A stretch of 64,000 nucleotides of DNA. Source: Glycera tridactyla (lineage: Eukaryota). Positions 1 to 10,232 of the stretch are shown one piece after another. The translations under genes and the position numbers were made by a program. Positions within the stretch are counted from its first letter, which is position 1, and every line of letters begins with the position of its first letter. The notes beneath the pieces were generated by a model that worked only from the letters and a program-made list of their open reading frames with translations, was not told where the DNA came from and ran no database searches. The DNA lies in the NCBI GenBank assembly GCA_965644265.1, contig OZ286463.1:81902001-81966000 (forward strand), read 5' to 3'.

Positions 1-2
1 CT

Positions 3-857
3 CTCTGTCAGAGCAAAGATCCTCCATGTCAGACCACACAACATGCTTGGGTGGGTGCCTCCCTGATTCTGAATGTAAGAAACCACTGTCACATTGTCTG
101 AAAGAAGAAGGATCACCTCCCCCTGAAGATGAACAGAGAATCCCTCTAGATCAAGAAGAACTACGTGCATCTCCAGAACATTTATGGAATGTTGAAGATG
201 ATCCTCTGACCATACTCCCAACAACTGATACCGATGGTCCCCCACTACCAGATGCGCCCCCCATCCTTCTAATGACGCATCTGTCAACAGATTGACTGTA
301 GGCTCTGGCCAAGACAGAGGAACCCCTTTCCTGGTGTTCTCCCTGGAAGCCGACCACAGCAGATCCTCTCGAACTTCCACCGGGAGGGTGATCAAACTTT
401 CCAGATCTCCTGAACATGGATGCCACTGACTCAGTAGGACCATCTGTATTGGTCTCATGTGCAGACGTCCTAAATGTACCGTGTCTGACAGGCTGGACAT
501 GTGTCCTAATAATTTGAGAACCGAACGAGCCCTTCTGAACAATCGGACCCAACCCTCCATCCTCTCTACTCTGGAGAGAGTGGGGAGAACAATGGACAAT
601 AGTGTGTTGAACTCGATTCCCAGATATACAAACTGCTGGCTGGGAACCAAGTCCAACTTTTTGTCATTCACCACCCACCCCGACTGACAAGCAAACTGAA
701 GGGTATAATCCAATTGGGTTTTCAGTATAACTGGGTCCTGGTGTCTGAGCAGCCAGTTGTCCAGGTAGAAATGAAACTTCATGCCTTTGGCATGTAGATG
801 TTGCACCAACTCCCGTACCAACATCGTGAAAATGCGAGGAGCGGTGCAAAGGCCGAA
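3..857 (-). pseudogene. DIRS RT C-terminal half + RNase H
   Basis: Manual translation is open for 285 codons to the window edge: FGLCTAPRIFT...FYLDNWLL...FVYLGIEFNT...LLTDASLEGWGAHL...SINVLEM...SDNVTVVSYIQNQGGT. The RT catalytic motif reads YLDN instead of YLDD. Absent from the ORF track because it runs off the edge. Confidence 0.93.
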
Positions 858-2281
858 TATGCCATCTCATCAACCTGTCTATTGACAAGGCCATCTTCCC
901 ACCGCAATGGAAGGAAGCGATAGTAACTGTGATCCACAAGAGTGGCCCAGCAAACGATTTTAGCAATTTTAGGCCCATCAGTCTTCTGTGTGTTCTTGGT
1001 AAACTGTTAGAAAGAGTTGTTCATGCACAGATTTACGAACATGTCAATTCTGCAGCCGTGTTGAGCAAATGCCAATTTGGGTTCAGGAAGGGGCACTCCA
1101 CGGGCTCGTGCCTCGCCAGTCTCCTGGACAAAATCTACAGGGGGGCTGACGAGGGGCGCGTCTGTGGCGTCCTCTTCCTGGACCTGAAGAAGGCGTTTGA
1201 CACGGTTGATCACACTCTTTTATTAACGGAACTCAACCGTCTTGGTTTTGGTACTAAATCTCTTGCTTGGGTATCTTCCTATCTATCAGGACGTACACAA
1301 GCCACTCGAGTGGGCCAATCATTATCGAGTTTTCTACCAGTCACTCATGGTGTTCCGCAAGGATCAATTCTTGGTCCGCTTTTGTTTATACTTTATGTGA
1401 ATTCTCTTGAGTCCTGTCTAACCCTGTCGTTGCCTTTTCTCTATGCCGATGACACGGCCTTGCTTGTATCTGGCAAGAATATTGATGAAGTAGAACGGAG
1501 TCTGAACAGTGACCTGGCAAGAATTTCCACCTGGTTTGCATCACGAAAACTGACATTAAATCTGAACAAGTCAAATGTAATGCTGTTTGGCACCCACCAA
1601 CGTCTCCGCATATGCAGAGATCTCGTTGTCACCTATAATGGGCAACGAGTGGAACAGGTTTCATCTTATAAGTATCTGGGAGTGGTTTTAGACTCTCATC
1701 TTACCTTCAATAACCACGTGGACTATCTAGTCAAGAATGTCAATTTCAGACGCCGCGCTTTATATCACATCCGTCCTTCTATTGATTTGAAATTGGCATT
1801 GTATCTCTACCAGCATCTAATCCACCCCTTATTTATTTACTTGGATTATATATACGACGCGTGCACCGAAACCTGCTCTGACAGGCTTCAGGTGGCACAG
1901 AATAGGTGTCTCAGCGTGGTAGCCAACTGTGGGTGGACCTACTCAGCCACTCATCTCCATGCTACCCTTGGAATCAAAACCCTCAAGGAGATACGTGCTT
2001 CCAACACCTTAATTGAAGTGTACAGGTGCTTATTTGGCAGTAAAGATACACCCAGCCCCCTCAAGTCTCATTTCAGTATGAAAAGGCCGCGTGCAAGAGG
2101 AGCGAGGACTAGATCGATTAGTACCCTTGAGCTTGGCCCCCAACTTGAAGTTCCTACCACCAAACTGAGATTTGCTGAAAGAAATTTTAGAATCAGAGGA
2201 GCATATTTTTGGAACCGCTCTGACTTGAAAGTTCGCACTGCTACTTCCCTCAATATGCTCAAACGCATTCTTCGCAAATAA
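857..2281 (+). CDS. LINE ORF2 reverse transcriptase domain and C-terminus (474 aa, no internal stop, 5'-truncated)
   Basis: NFRPISLL, QFGFRKGHST, FLDLKKAFDTVDH, GVPQGSILGPLLF, YADDTALL, YKYLGVVLDSHLTF motifs. Confidence 0.95.
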   Translation: MCHLINLSIDKAIFPPQWKEAIVTVIHKSGPANDFSNFRPISLLCVLGKLLERVVHAQIYEHVNSAAVLSKCQFGFRKGHSTGSCLASLLDKIYRGADEGRVCGVLFLDLKKAFDTVDHTLLLTELNRLGFGTKSLAWVSSYLSGRTQATRVGQSLSSFLPVTHGVPQGSILGPLLFILYVNSLESCLTLSLPFLYADDTALLVSGKNIDEVERSLNSDLARISTWFASRKLTLNLNKSNVMLFGTHQRLRICRDLVVTYNGQRVEQVSSYKYLGVVLDSHLTFNNHVDYLVKNVNFRRRALYHIRPSIDLKLALYLYQHLIHPLFIYLDYIYDACTETCSDRLQVAQNRCLSVVANCGWTYSATHLHATLGIKTLKEIRASNTLIEVYRCLFGSKDTPSPLKSHFSMKRPRARGARTRSISTLELGPQLEVPTTKLRFAERNFRIRGAYFWNRSDLKVRTATSLNMLKRILRK

Positions 2282-2532
2282 CGCAGGGCGTCGCACCACT
2301 ATTGTCTGCTTGTCTTGCCTGAATGCCATTGATGTCATTCTGATATTTGATATACACACTGTGCCAACAACGGGCAGGGATACATGTATTCATCATGTAG
2401 GTTAGAGATGTAGTGCGTTTGTTTAATCATTACTGCAACTTTGTCATTTGACTACTTGTAATATGACCAGTATTGGGTCCACTGTAATATTGATCTTACG
2501 CAATAAAAAAGATTCAATTCAATTCAATTCAA
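858..2532 (+). mobile_element. 5'-truncated CR1/L2-group (Crack/Daphne-like) LINE with intact RT remnant and (TTCAA)n tail
   Basis: Open frame 857-2281, then 3' UTR, AATAAA at ~2502 and a GATTCAATTCAATTCAATTCAA tail. Removing it rejoins the DIRS RT in frame (FKALL|FGL). Confidence 0.95.
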
Positions 2533-3119
2533 CAGTAGAGCCTTGAATTGAAAGGCCTCGGACTGCGACAGGGCAAACCTCAGGTACTTCTTGAACTCCG
2601 GATTGATGGGTACATGAAAGTAAGCGTCCTTCAGGTCTATGGAGACTGTCGAATCGCCCGAAAAGATGGCTTTCACTATCAACCTCGATGTTTCCTTCTT
2701 GAACCTCTGATTGAAGGTATGTTGATTCAGAGGTTTCAAGTTGATAATCGGTCGCCTGTTACCTTCGTTACCAGAAATATCCTGCTGTAATACCCTGCCG
2801 AGCCATCCTGAGTTATTGGTATTATAGCCTCTTTCTCCAGCATGGACTGAATCTCTTCTAGAAGAGCCTCCCTCTTGGGATTGCCTCTCCTGGGAAGAGT
2901 AAATGGTAGCCATTTTGGGGATAAAATTGGACTCCTTCGAAACACCCAAGATAAACCTGTCTGAATTATATTCAGAATGAACCTGTTTGACGTCAAATCC
3001 CGCCAAGCCTTTTGAAATGCACTCAGTCTTGCACCCATGAGTAATACAGAAGCAACGCTCGCACCCCTAGGGCTGCGTAGCACGACCCCTCCCTCTTTTC
3101 TTGAAAAAGGACTTGCCAC
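2533..3119 (-). pseudogene. DIRS RT N-terminal half (frameshifted)
   Basis: ORFs 2736-3119 and 2524-3006 carry consecutive DIRS RT motifs in two frames and end at FKALL, next to the LINE tail. Confidence 0.92.
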
Positions 3120-3185
3120 CCTCTTTCTGCACTCCTGTACCAGGAGCCTGAGTTGTAGGTTGGGCCTGTGGAGCAGGGTCCTGAG

Positions 3186-6100
3186 TTATAGTCTGGCCTC
3201 GACCTCTGCCTCGACCTCTTGAACTAGATCCCCTCTTCTTCTTCCCTTTGCCCCTTCACTGAGTGGAAGAAGATGTTTTAGGATATGCCTTACAATCTTT
3301 GGTCTTATCCTGAGAGGAGACCTTGAAATCAAACTCAATCTCTCTTCGCTTCCTGGCCTTCTCTGAAGCCGAATCTTCAGCCTCGTCCAACTTCCCCCCA
3401 AACAAAAATTCTTGTCCAAGGGGAAGAAATCTCAACTTAGCCTTTATATCATCACTGTAATGGAGAGACTTGAGAGCAATAGCCCTCCTATTCAATTCCA
3501 AGTTCCCCAGAACCTTCCCCACCAACTGAGCCACATTTTCCACTGCACGAACACCAACACGAATAGACTCTCGTGCACTCTCCTGTTCCTCAGTGGAGGT
3601 ATTCTCTCCCTCAGCTACCGAAAGACCTGTAGCCAAGGCAATATCTGTATAGGATAGCACCTTCAAACTGTCTCTCAGAATGATCTCCTCCTAAGATGGT
3701 TTGAGATCGTTCTTGGAGACTGTTCCAAATCCAAGATAATTAGGGTCTATCTGAGGGGGTAAGACCGCAAAATCTGAATTCTCCTCAATAGGGTCTGAGC
3801 TTATAAACCTTGGAATTACATCCAAATATACGAGGATACGAACTCTTAAAAGTTCTAGTAAAAGCCTCCGACCTACCTGCTTTCCCAGTATCAAACTCAG
3901 CTAAGGGAACATCAATCGACTGAGGCTCTTCATTCTCAGTCCTACCCTGCGTTGCTAAATTCATAAGTCTTTGCATATTAGGGATAATAGGAGACACTGG
4001 CAAAGCCGAATCTATCATGAAGTCTATGTCTTTACTTCTCTTATTCGCCCAGAAGGAGGAATCAATCTTTCTTGAGGATATACCGATCCCCTCACGCCAT
4101 ATAGGGTCCGGATCCTTAAACAAGTTATCCAGTCTCTCAGAAGCAAAACGCCTGAATGCCGTCATACGCCTCTTAATGTCAGGCCTGCCCTCATCCTCTG
4201 ATTCCACTGACAGGACCGACTGAGACTCGTCATGCGACCTCTTCCTAGAATCTTTCTCCTTCAGCATTCGAACCTCCTCCCTCAGAGCTGCCACTTGAGC
4301 AGCCAGAACAGGATCTGACTGGGGAGCAGAAGTCACTAACTCTGGAGCTACCGAAGCTTCTCCTTCAGCATTTGAACCTCCTCCCTCAGAGCTGCCACTT
4401 GAGCAGCCAGAACAGGATCTGACTAGGGAGCAGAAGTCACTAACTCTTGAGCCTCGACCTCATCTCTCATAACCACTGGCTGAGATAAAGTCACTGTATG
4501 AGGGATCTGTTTCTTTGATGGGGCTCTAATAGGAGAATATTTGCTCTTAGTCTTATTATGTGTATTCCACCAGTCCATAATATCAATAGGAGCTGCTACA
4601 GGCAAAATCTTTCCTGGCTGAGCCTGAACTACTGAAGGAGCTGCATGAACCAAAATAGGGGCTTGTCTTTGACTCACAACCTCCACATGAGACTTCTGAG
4701 TGGAAACTGATACATCCTTCCCTGTAGTCTCTACCAGTCACACTAATGGAGAATGGATAGAAGACTGAGTATGAGAAGGACCTGGCAAGCGCTTCTGTGC
4801 GACCACAGAAAGCTGTGAAATCTTAGCTAGTAACTATAGCAGGTTGAGGAGATGATTGAGAAGGTACTGATAATGAATTCTTTGAATGGACTGAGTTATC
4901 TACACTATGATTCGAAGATTCCTCACTATAAATAGATTCCTGAGCATCTCCAACACTATCCTCAGGATCTGAACCGATATCTCCAAGCTTACTAGAATCC
5001 ACACCATCCAGAGTTACAACATATTTAACCGAAATCTGTTCAACCCCAGGATGACCAAATATTTGCAAAGGCAAATCATTTCTCGACATATAAGCAATAA
5101 CTGCTTCTTGTCTAGCTAGAATCTTAGGATCTTCCTTCTTGACTGCAAACAGTTCCGAGAGAGAAGCACCCCTTCTAACTTATTCTTCCTGAGGTATCAG
5201 CTTCCGTCCGGATACAGCAAAAACCTCTCTGATACAATCTACATCAAAAACCAAATCACAGAGAGGAACTGCTAAACTCTTAGCATCCTCCAAGGGCAAA
5301 CCAGGAGCCGCAATAATCTGTAAATTCTCCTAATCCGGTCTTAAAGCAGAGGGTATCTGGGCTGGGGGAGGGCCTTGATGATCCTGTCGATCAGCCCTAT
5401 CTACCTCAGATGGTATCGAGGTCTCAGCCAGAAACTCTCCCTGACCAGACACATCAACCATCTCCTCCTCACCTCCCCTATGAACGGAAGGAGACAATTG
5501 AATTGAATCCGATTTAGGATTGATGTCTGGAGACTGATGCTCAGATTTAAAGAATGATTTAGTCATAACAGGAATTCTAAATCCTTCTGAATCAGATCTA
5601 CAACCTAACAGAATCTCTTGACCTAACCACCTTCCTCTGGTGTGTCGACCTCTGAGACTTAACACCAGCCGCTGACCGGACAGACCTCCGGTCTACCGTA
5701 GCACCGGACTCTACCGGAGTCTGAACCGGTAATTGTTGGTCCGCAACACTGTCCTGCACACTGGACCTCGCCGGTGGGCGAACTACCGATCTCTGGCTAG
5801 CTGGTGATCTAATAGCCGGTCTGCTTCTGTCCGGTGCTAATTCCTGGCTAACAGATACAATAGAACCGGACAGAGCTGATTTGACCAGACTTCGGACAGA
5901 ACCCACAGTAGTAATAGGCCGCTCCTTAACAGAATCCTTGCCAGAATTCCCAACTGAGCCTTCCGATCTGTGAGAATGACCAGTAGAACTTCTATACTTA
6001 ATCTGCTGGCCTTCCCTCCCTGAAGATATTACACTCCTAGAGTCCCAATTCTGCTTAGAACCTTCAACTTTCACCGGACAAGAAGAAGCTAAGAATTTTT

Positions 6101-6509
6101 CTTTATCTTCAGCTGAAACTCGAGATGCTTTAGCCACCGGACGTGAAGATCTGGGAGATAACTTCCAAGATTTAGGCCCCACAATTTCGTTAGCAACAGA
6201 GGCCGGACGATTACTAGTTCTCAACGCCGGTGGACTAAATTGAACCGAGGGTCTGGAACTATGTGAGCCACATGAACCTAAGACTTTAGACTTCTCTTTG
6301 CTCTTGTATCTAGACTTAGATTTGTAGGTCTGCCTGCTAGTATGTCTGTCCCACTGAGCTACGGTCCAAATGGTACAGACATTTCAATGGATCTCCCCCT
6401 CCCCCTGACCGGATGACTGTCCACATGGACGGCAGGAGGGACATAAAGGATGATCATCGCTAATAGCCAAATAATGGCCGCAGAATCCTCTCTTCTGTGA
6501 AGCTGACAT
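3186..6509 (-). pseudogene. DIRS ORF1 (gag-like), long, S/R-rich, with stops and frameshifts
   Basis: Starts MSASQKRGFCGHYLAISDDHPLCPSCRPC...NVCTIW (Cys/His cluster typical of animal DIRS ORF1). Low-complexity middle (ORFs 5598-6224, 3785-4336). C-terminal LELNRR...LFGGKL block at 3256-3666. Confidence 0.75.
4254..4452. repeat. Tandem duplication, period 104 bp, inside DIRS ORF1
   Basis: TTCTCCTTCAGCATT(C/T)GAACCTCC...GTCACTAACTCT(G/T)GAGC at 4254 and 4358. The period is not a multiple of 3, so it shifts the frame. Confidence 0.95.
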
Positions 6510-7734
6510 AGTGATTGGGTGACTGATATGAAATTCACAGATCAGACAAGCTGATCATTTCAGGGTCATATGAGGACACACCACTGGACAATACCGGACA
6601 ATATAACAGTCAGCAACACGAGGTCAAATATATCACAAGCAAATGTCTAATGCGCACACCGCACCTGGCGGAGCAAAGAGTAATGCTAAATGAATATGGT
6701 AGAGCAAGAACGAATATAGGCAATAATCACAAACCGCGCTAATCTGCAATTTCCTCGCGAGAAATTCAATCAACCGCTTTCGCGTAGCGAAAACGGAGAA
6801 TACGCCTTGCGCTTGCGCGAGGTTGTTGACGTGAGGGTTCTAGTTCTGTCTGGTACCAGGGGGTGGTGCTGCGCACCAGGATTGGAGAGGTGACATCTGA
6901 GAGAAAGATTTTTGTATAAAGTTCGAATGTAGGCGATTTAGTGAGAATAAATGCATGATTTGATGGAGAAGCCAGGTTGTGTGTTAACTGCTGTGATTTA
7001 ATGTCGGCGATACATTTTAGAGGGACCTGATGTAGGTCAAATTGACTGACGCTCGGACAGTTAGAAAATTAGGCGATTGAGAAGGAAGGGATTGATGGCT
7101 GGAGAGTAAGGTACGAGGGTGATTGGTAGATGGGCCCGGATGGTCCAATTAAAGTTGACCAGTACGAAATACATTCATCGTAGTGATAAAGAGAACGCCA
7201 GTTAACCACAGTGACACCGAATATCTCAGTGACATCGGATGCAGTATCATGGCAATCTGCTATATATTTTCTTGCATTGGATAGTCTCGAGACTCCAGTT
7301 AATTGTGTAGGTTTTTTTCACAAACTGAAGATCCTTTGATACGAGGTTTCACTTATTCATTTTGTTAATTTTGTTAATTTTGTTAATCATTTATTCTTAT
7401 TTAATTATCTATCCATTATTATGATTATTATTATTATCTTTTTTTAGGGGGGTGGTGGTGTTTCGTACCATTGTTCGACATCGGTAGAGTATCGTATGTG
7501 GATGCAGGATTCGGGAGGGCTCTGACGGCAATCTCCACATTGGAGAAATTGTGTTTCAAAGGGATCGTACTCTGATATATAGCATTTGCCTCAATGATCG
7601 CAAGAGGATATGCTGAAGTAGAATCCAATGTAAGAGTAAAATTCAGATTGCGTCATCAGGTGGAGAAAGCCCTCTGAATGTCTACGTTGGGATATTTTTC
7701 CAGTCTTCGAATTTAGCCACTCCCCCGAATCCCG

Positions 7735-7784
7735 GGGAGAGTGAATTTGGTTTCGGGAGTGTGAAAATCCAAACTCACTCTCCC
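7735..7784. repeat. 16-bp inverted repeat (1 mismatch) with 18-nt spacer
   Basis: GGGAGAGTGAATTTGG (7735-7750) / CCAAACTCACTCTCCC (7769-7784). GGGAGAGTG and CTCTCCCGA motifs recur at ~8073-8125. Confidence 0.8.
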
Positions 7785-10137
7785 GATTGGAGTGTGTAAA
7801 TTTCCCACTTGATCAAAAAGTTATGACTTTTTTGTGAAGACAGAACATAACGAAATAACTTATTCCCTCCAGGATGACTTTGCATATACCTGCACATGTT
7901 TGATTCTGAAGATCGAACCTGAGCAAAACATGGGATGAGTATTACTTAGATGGTGACTCACATGACGGATTAGTTGGAATTCACGTCATGACAAGGCATT
8001 TATTCACACAAATATATCGCTCTCAAGATAGCTTGGTTTGAGCTTGTTTTCCTTGCACTTTTTGAACAGATACGGGAGAGTGCATTCATTTTCGGGAGAG
8101 TGATTTTTTGAGTCTGCTCTCCCGATGGGACTGTGGCTGAGAAAGTTTTTCATGAAGACTGTTTTCCGCATATTATCTTGCACGACTTTTGCGTTGAACA
8201 TATACCTACCCTTGCTGATATTCCTGCTAGTTGGTCAGCAAAATTAGATGAATTTCACGAATAATGACGGCATCATGTAGTTCCAGTGCGTAGAATGAGA
8301 TGGTTGCAAGATGTTATATATGCTGTTATACATGCTAGATTCTGTTTAGTCATGCTACATTGTTGAAATACACATGATATGATACACACAGAGTCATATA
8401 CCAGTCTCCCCCACACACTCATGGCCTGCCATTGAAGCTATCCGTGGCATTTTTCGTGATCATAATACCGTAATTTTTCATGTTTTTGTCTTAATATAAA
8501 TTCTCTCCAGCTGCTGGTTCCCACTCTGATCTTTGATTGCCCCAAAAGGAGTAAGTCTGCAGAGTACCTCCTCCGCACATAACGATGCATCTGATACAAC
8601 CTGAACTGCTTTGGATCGAGATAAGTCGGCCTATATCGAAGAGGATGTGGGACAAGTCGCAATAAAACCATTCATGGGACTATCAGATGCGAGCGATGAA
8701 ATATTTGTATTTGTTGGGATGCGCATTCCTGTCCTAATAGGGTCATAATGTTACCAGTTCATGTCACCAGGTGGCTTCTCGACCTTCCAGGATTCATAAA
8801 GTCACACCTTGAACAACGTCCGATGGATTGGTCTATTCAGAACGTGTGGATGGAATACACATTTGTATCCAGATTCGACTCATCTGGCAATATAAATCTC
8901 AGCGGAATTTCTCAGAATGAATTACCAATGATCTACTGGCGTCCGTGACTCTCTCCTGATCATAGCAACACCGCTTTATGACTGATATTGTTCCCCATTA
9001 TACTGAAGTTCAAAGCAGGTCAACTGTGTCCTATACGGAGCCAATATCTCGTACAACTGTTGTATATCCCTTGCTGGAGAAACATACACGCGGTTTCAAA
9101 TGCCAGCGATATTATCATATTCGGCAGAGAGTATGTATGCATATAGTAAAATACCCATCCGAGGTTCCATGACAGGGAGAAAGAAGAGATTGAAAGAGGG
9201 TGTCATCCAGTGAGTGTTAGAGAAAGATAAANNNNNNNNNNNNNNNNNNNNNNNNNNNNNNNNNNNNNNNNNNNNNNNNNNNNNNNNNNNNNNNNNNNNN
9301 NNNNNNNNNNNNNNNNNNNNNNNNNNNNNNNNNNNNNNNNNNNNNNNNNNNNNNNNNNNNNNNNNNNNNNNNNNNNNNNNNNNNNNNNNNNNNNNNNNNN
9401 NNNNNNNNNNNNNNNNNNNNNNNNNNNNNNNNNNNNNNNNNNNNNNNNNNNNNNNNNNNNNNNNNNNNNNNNNNNNNNNNACAAACACGCGCATACAGAG
9501 TGGAAACTTATACGAATAATACAATGAAATGATCAAAACGAGAAATACTCAGTAGTCTATGTATTATACCCAAGGTGTTGTCATGCTCGAATGAACTAAT
9601 CACACAGCTAGTCAATTAAGCAGCTGACCATCTGATCAATCAGAGTCAAAGATCAATCTCGCTTAATTGATCATATTTCACCAGGTTGACCTCTACACTT
9701 TTTACAGTTGCGAGTGAGTCCCACGCTGAGGGCGGCGATGGTGTCAATGAAGTGAACCGAGCAATGCAGATAGATCTTTGTGAGGTATTGATACTTCCAA
9801 TTCCGACTCAAGCAGTATGGCGAATAAGTCAAGTACTTGGAGATGTTCCAAACTGAGTAGTACGGGTCAATCGCATAAGGTCTACTCAGAGCCAGCTTCA
9901 CTGTACTTTTAGAAAGAATGGGTGGAAACCAGGGTGAACTTATAGCAGGTTGTAAAACACCGCGTACATTACCACGAAGATGGAGTCATCCGTCCATATA
10001 TTCAAGCCCATGGAACAAACTAATTCTCGCCAGGTGAAAGATAACCTCTCAAACAAACCATTGCGTGGCTGACTGGGTTTGAATGACGAGTGAACTCGTA
10101 CTCGGGCCAAGCTGGGGGGTTGGGAGGGATATTCTCA

Positions 10138-10145
10138 TATATAAA
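10138..10145 (+). promoter_or_regulatory. Candidate TATA box of the SUEL-CUB receptor gene
   Basis: TATATAAA 28 nt upstream of ATG 10166 and 49 nt upstream of ATG 10187. The spacing favours the second ATG as start. Confidence 0.5.
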
Positions 10146-10165
10146 CAGGGGTTCAAGGAGACGAG

Positions 10166-10232
10166 ATGTACTCCACATGTGCAATTATGCACAGGCTTAC
10201 GTTGCTCTGTATTCTTCTCGGAGGTGCCACGG
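10166..10232 (+). CDS. SUEL-CUB receptor exon 1: signal peptide
   Basis: MYSTCAIMHRLTLLCILLGGAT(G), hydrophobic core, then consensus donor G|GTAAGT in phase 1, matching exon 2. Confidence 0.7.

Larger units (their letters stand above)
1..6906 (-). mobile_element. DIRS1-like tyrosine-recombinase retrotransposon (gag + RT/RNase H visible; YR and 3' end lie beyond the window start), interrupted by a LINE at 858-2532
   Basis: Minus-strand order is Cys/His-knuckle ORF1 start (6509), ORF1 C-terminus (LELNRRAIAL...LPLGQEFLFGGKL), RT (GARLSAFQKAW, GYYSRIFLVTK, RPIINLKPLN, SIDLKDAYFHVPI), then RT C-half and RNase H at 1-857. The 5' end is placed tentatively at a TTTCTCTCAGATG start (6906). Confidence 0.9.

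Noticed and set aside
26-978. ORF-track proteins 26-295, 151-552, 457-687, 664-978
   Set aside because: Shadow frames of the DIRS RT/RNase H frame (3-857, -) and the LINE start.
6910-7350. Possible very old LINE endonuclease remnant (also ~28600-29150)
   Set aside because: Only faint motif resemblance; cannot be supported without alignment.
8515-8554. 40-bp AG...GTAAGT exon-like segment (and a similar one at ~9709-9784)
   Set aside because: No recognisable product, and upstream of the receptor's TATA and first exon. Cannot be linked to a gene.
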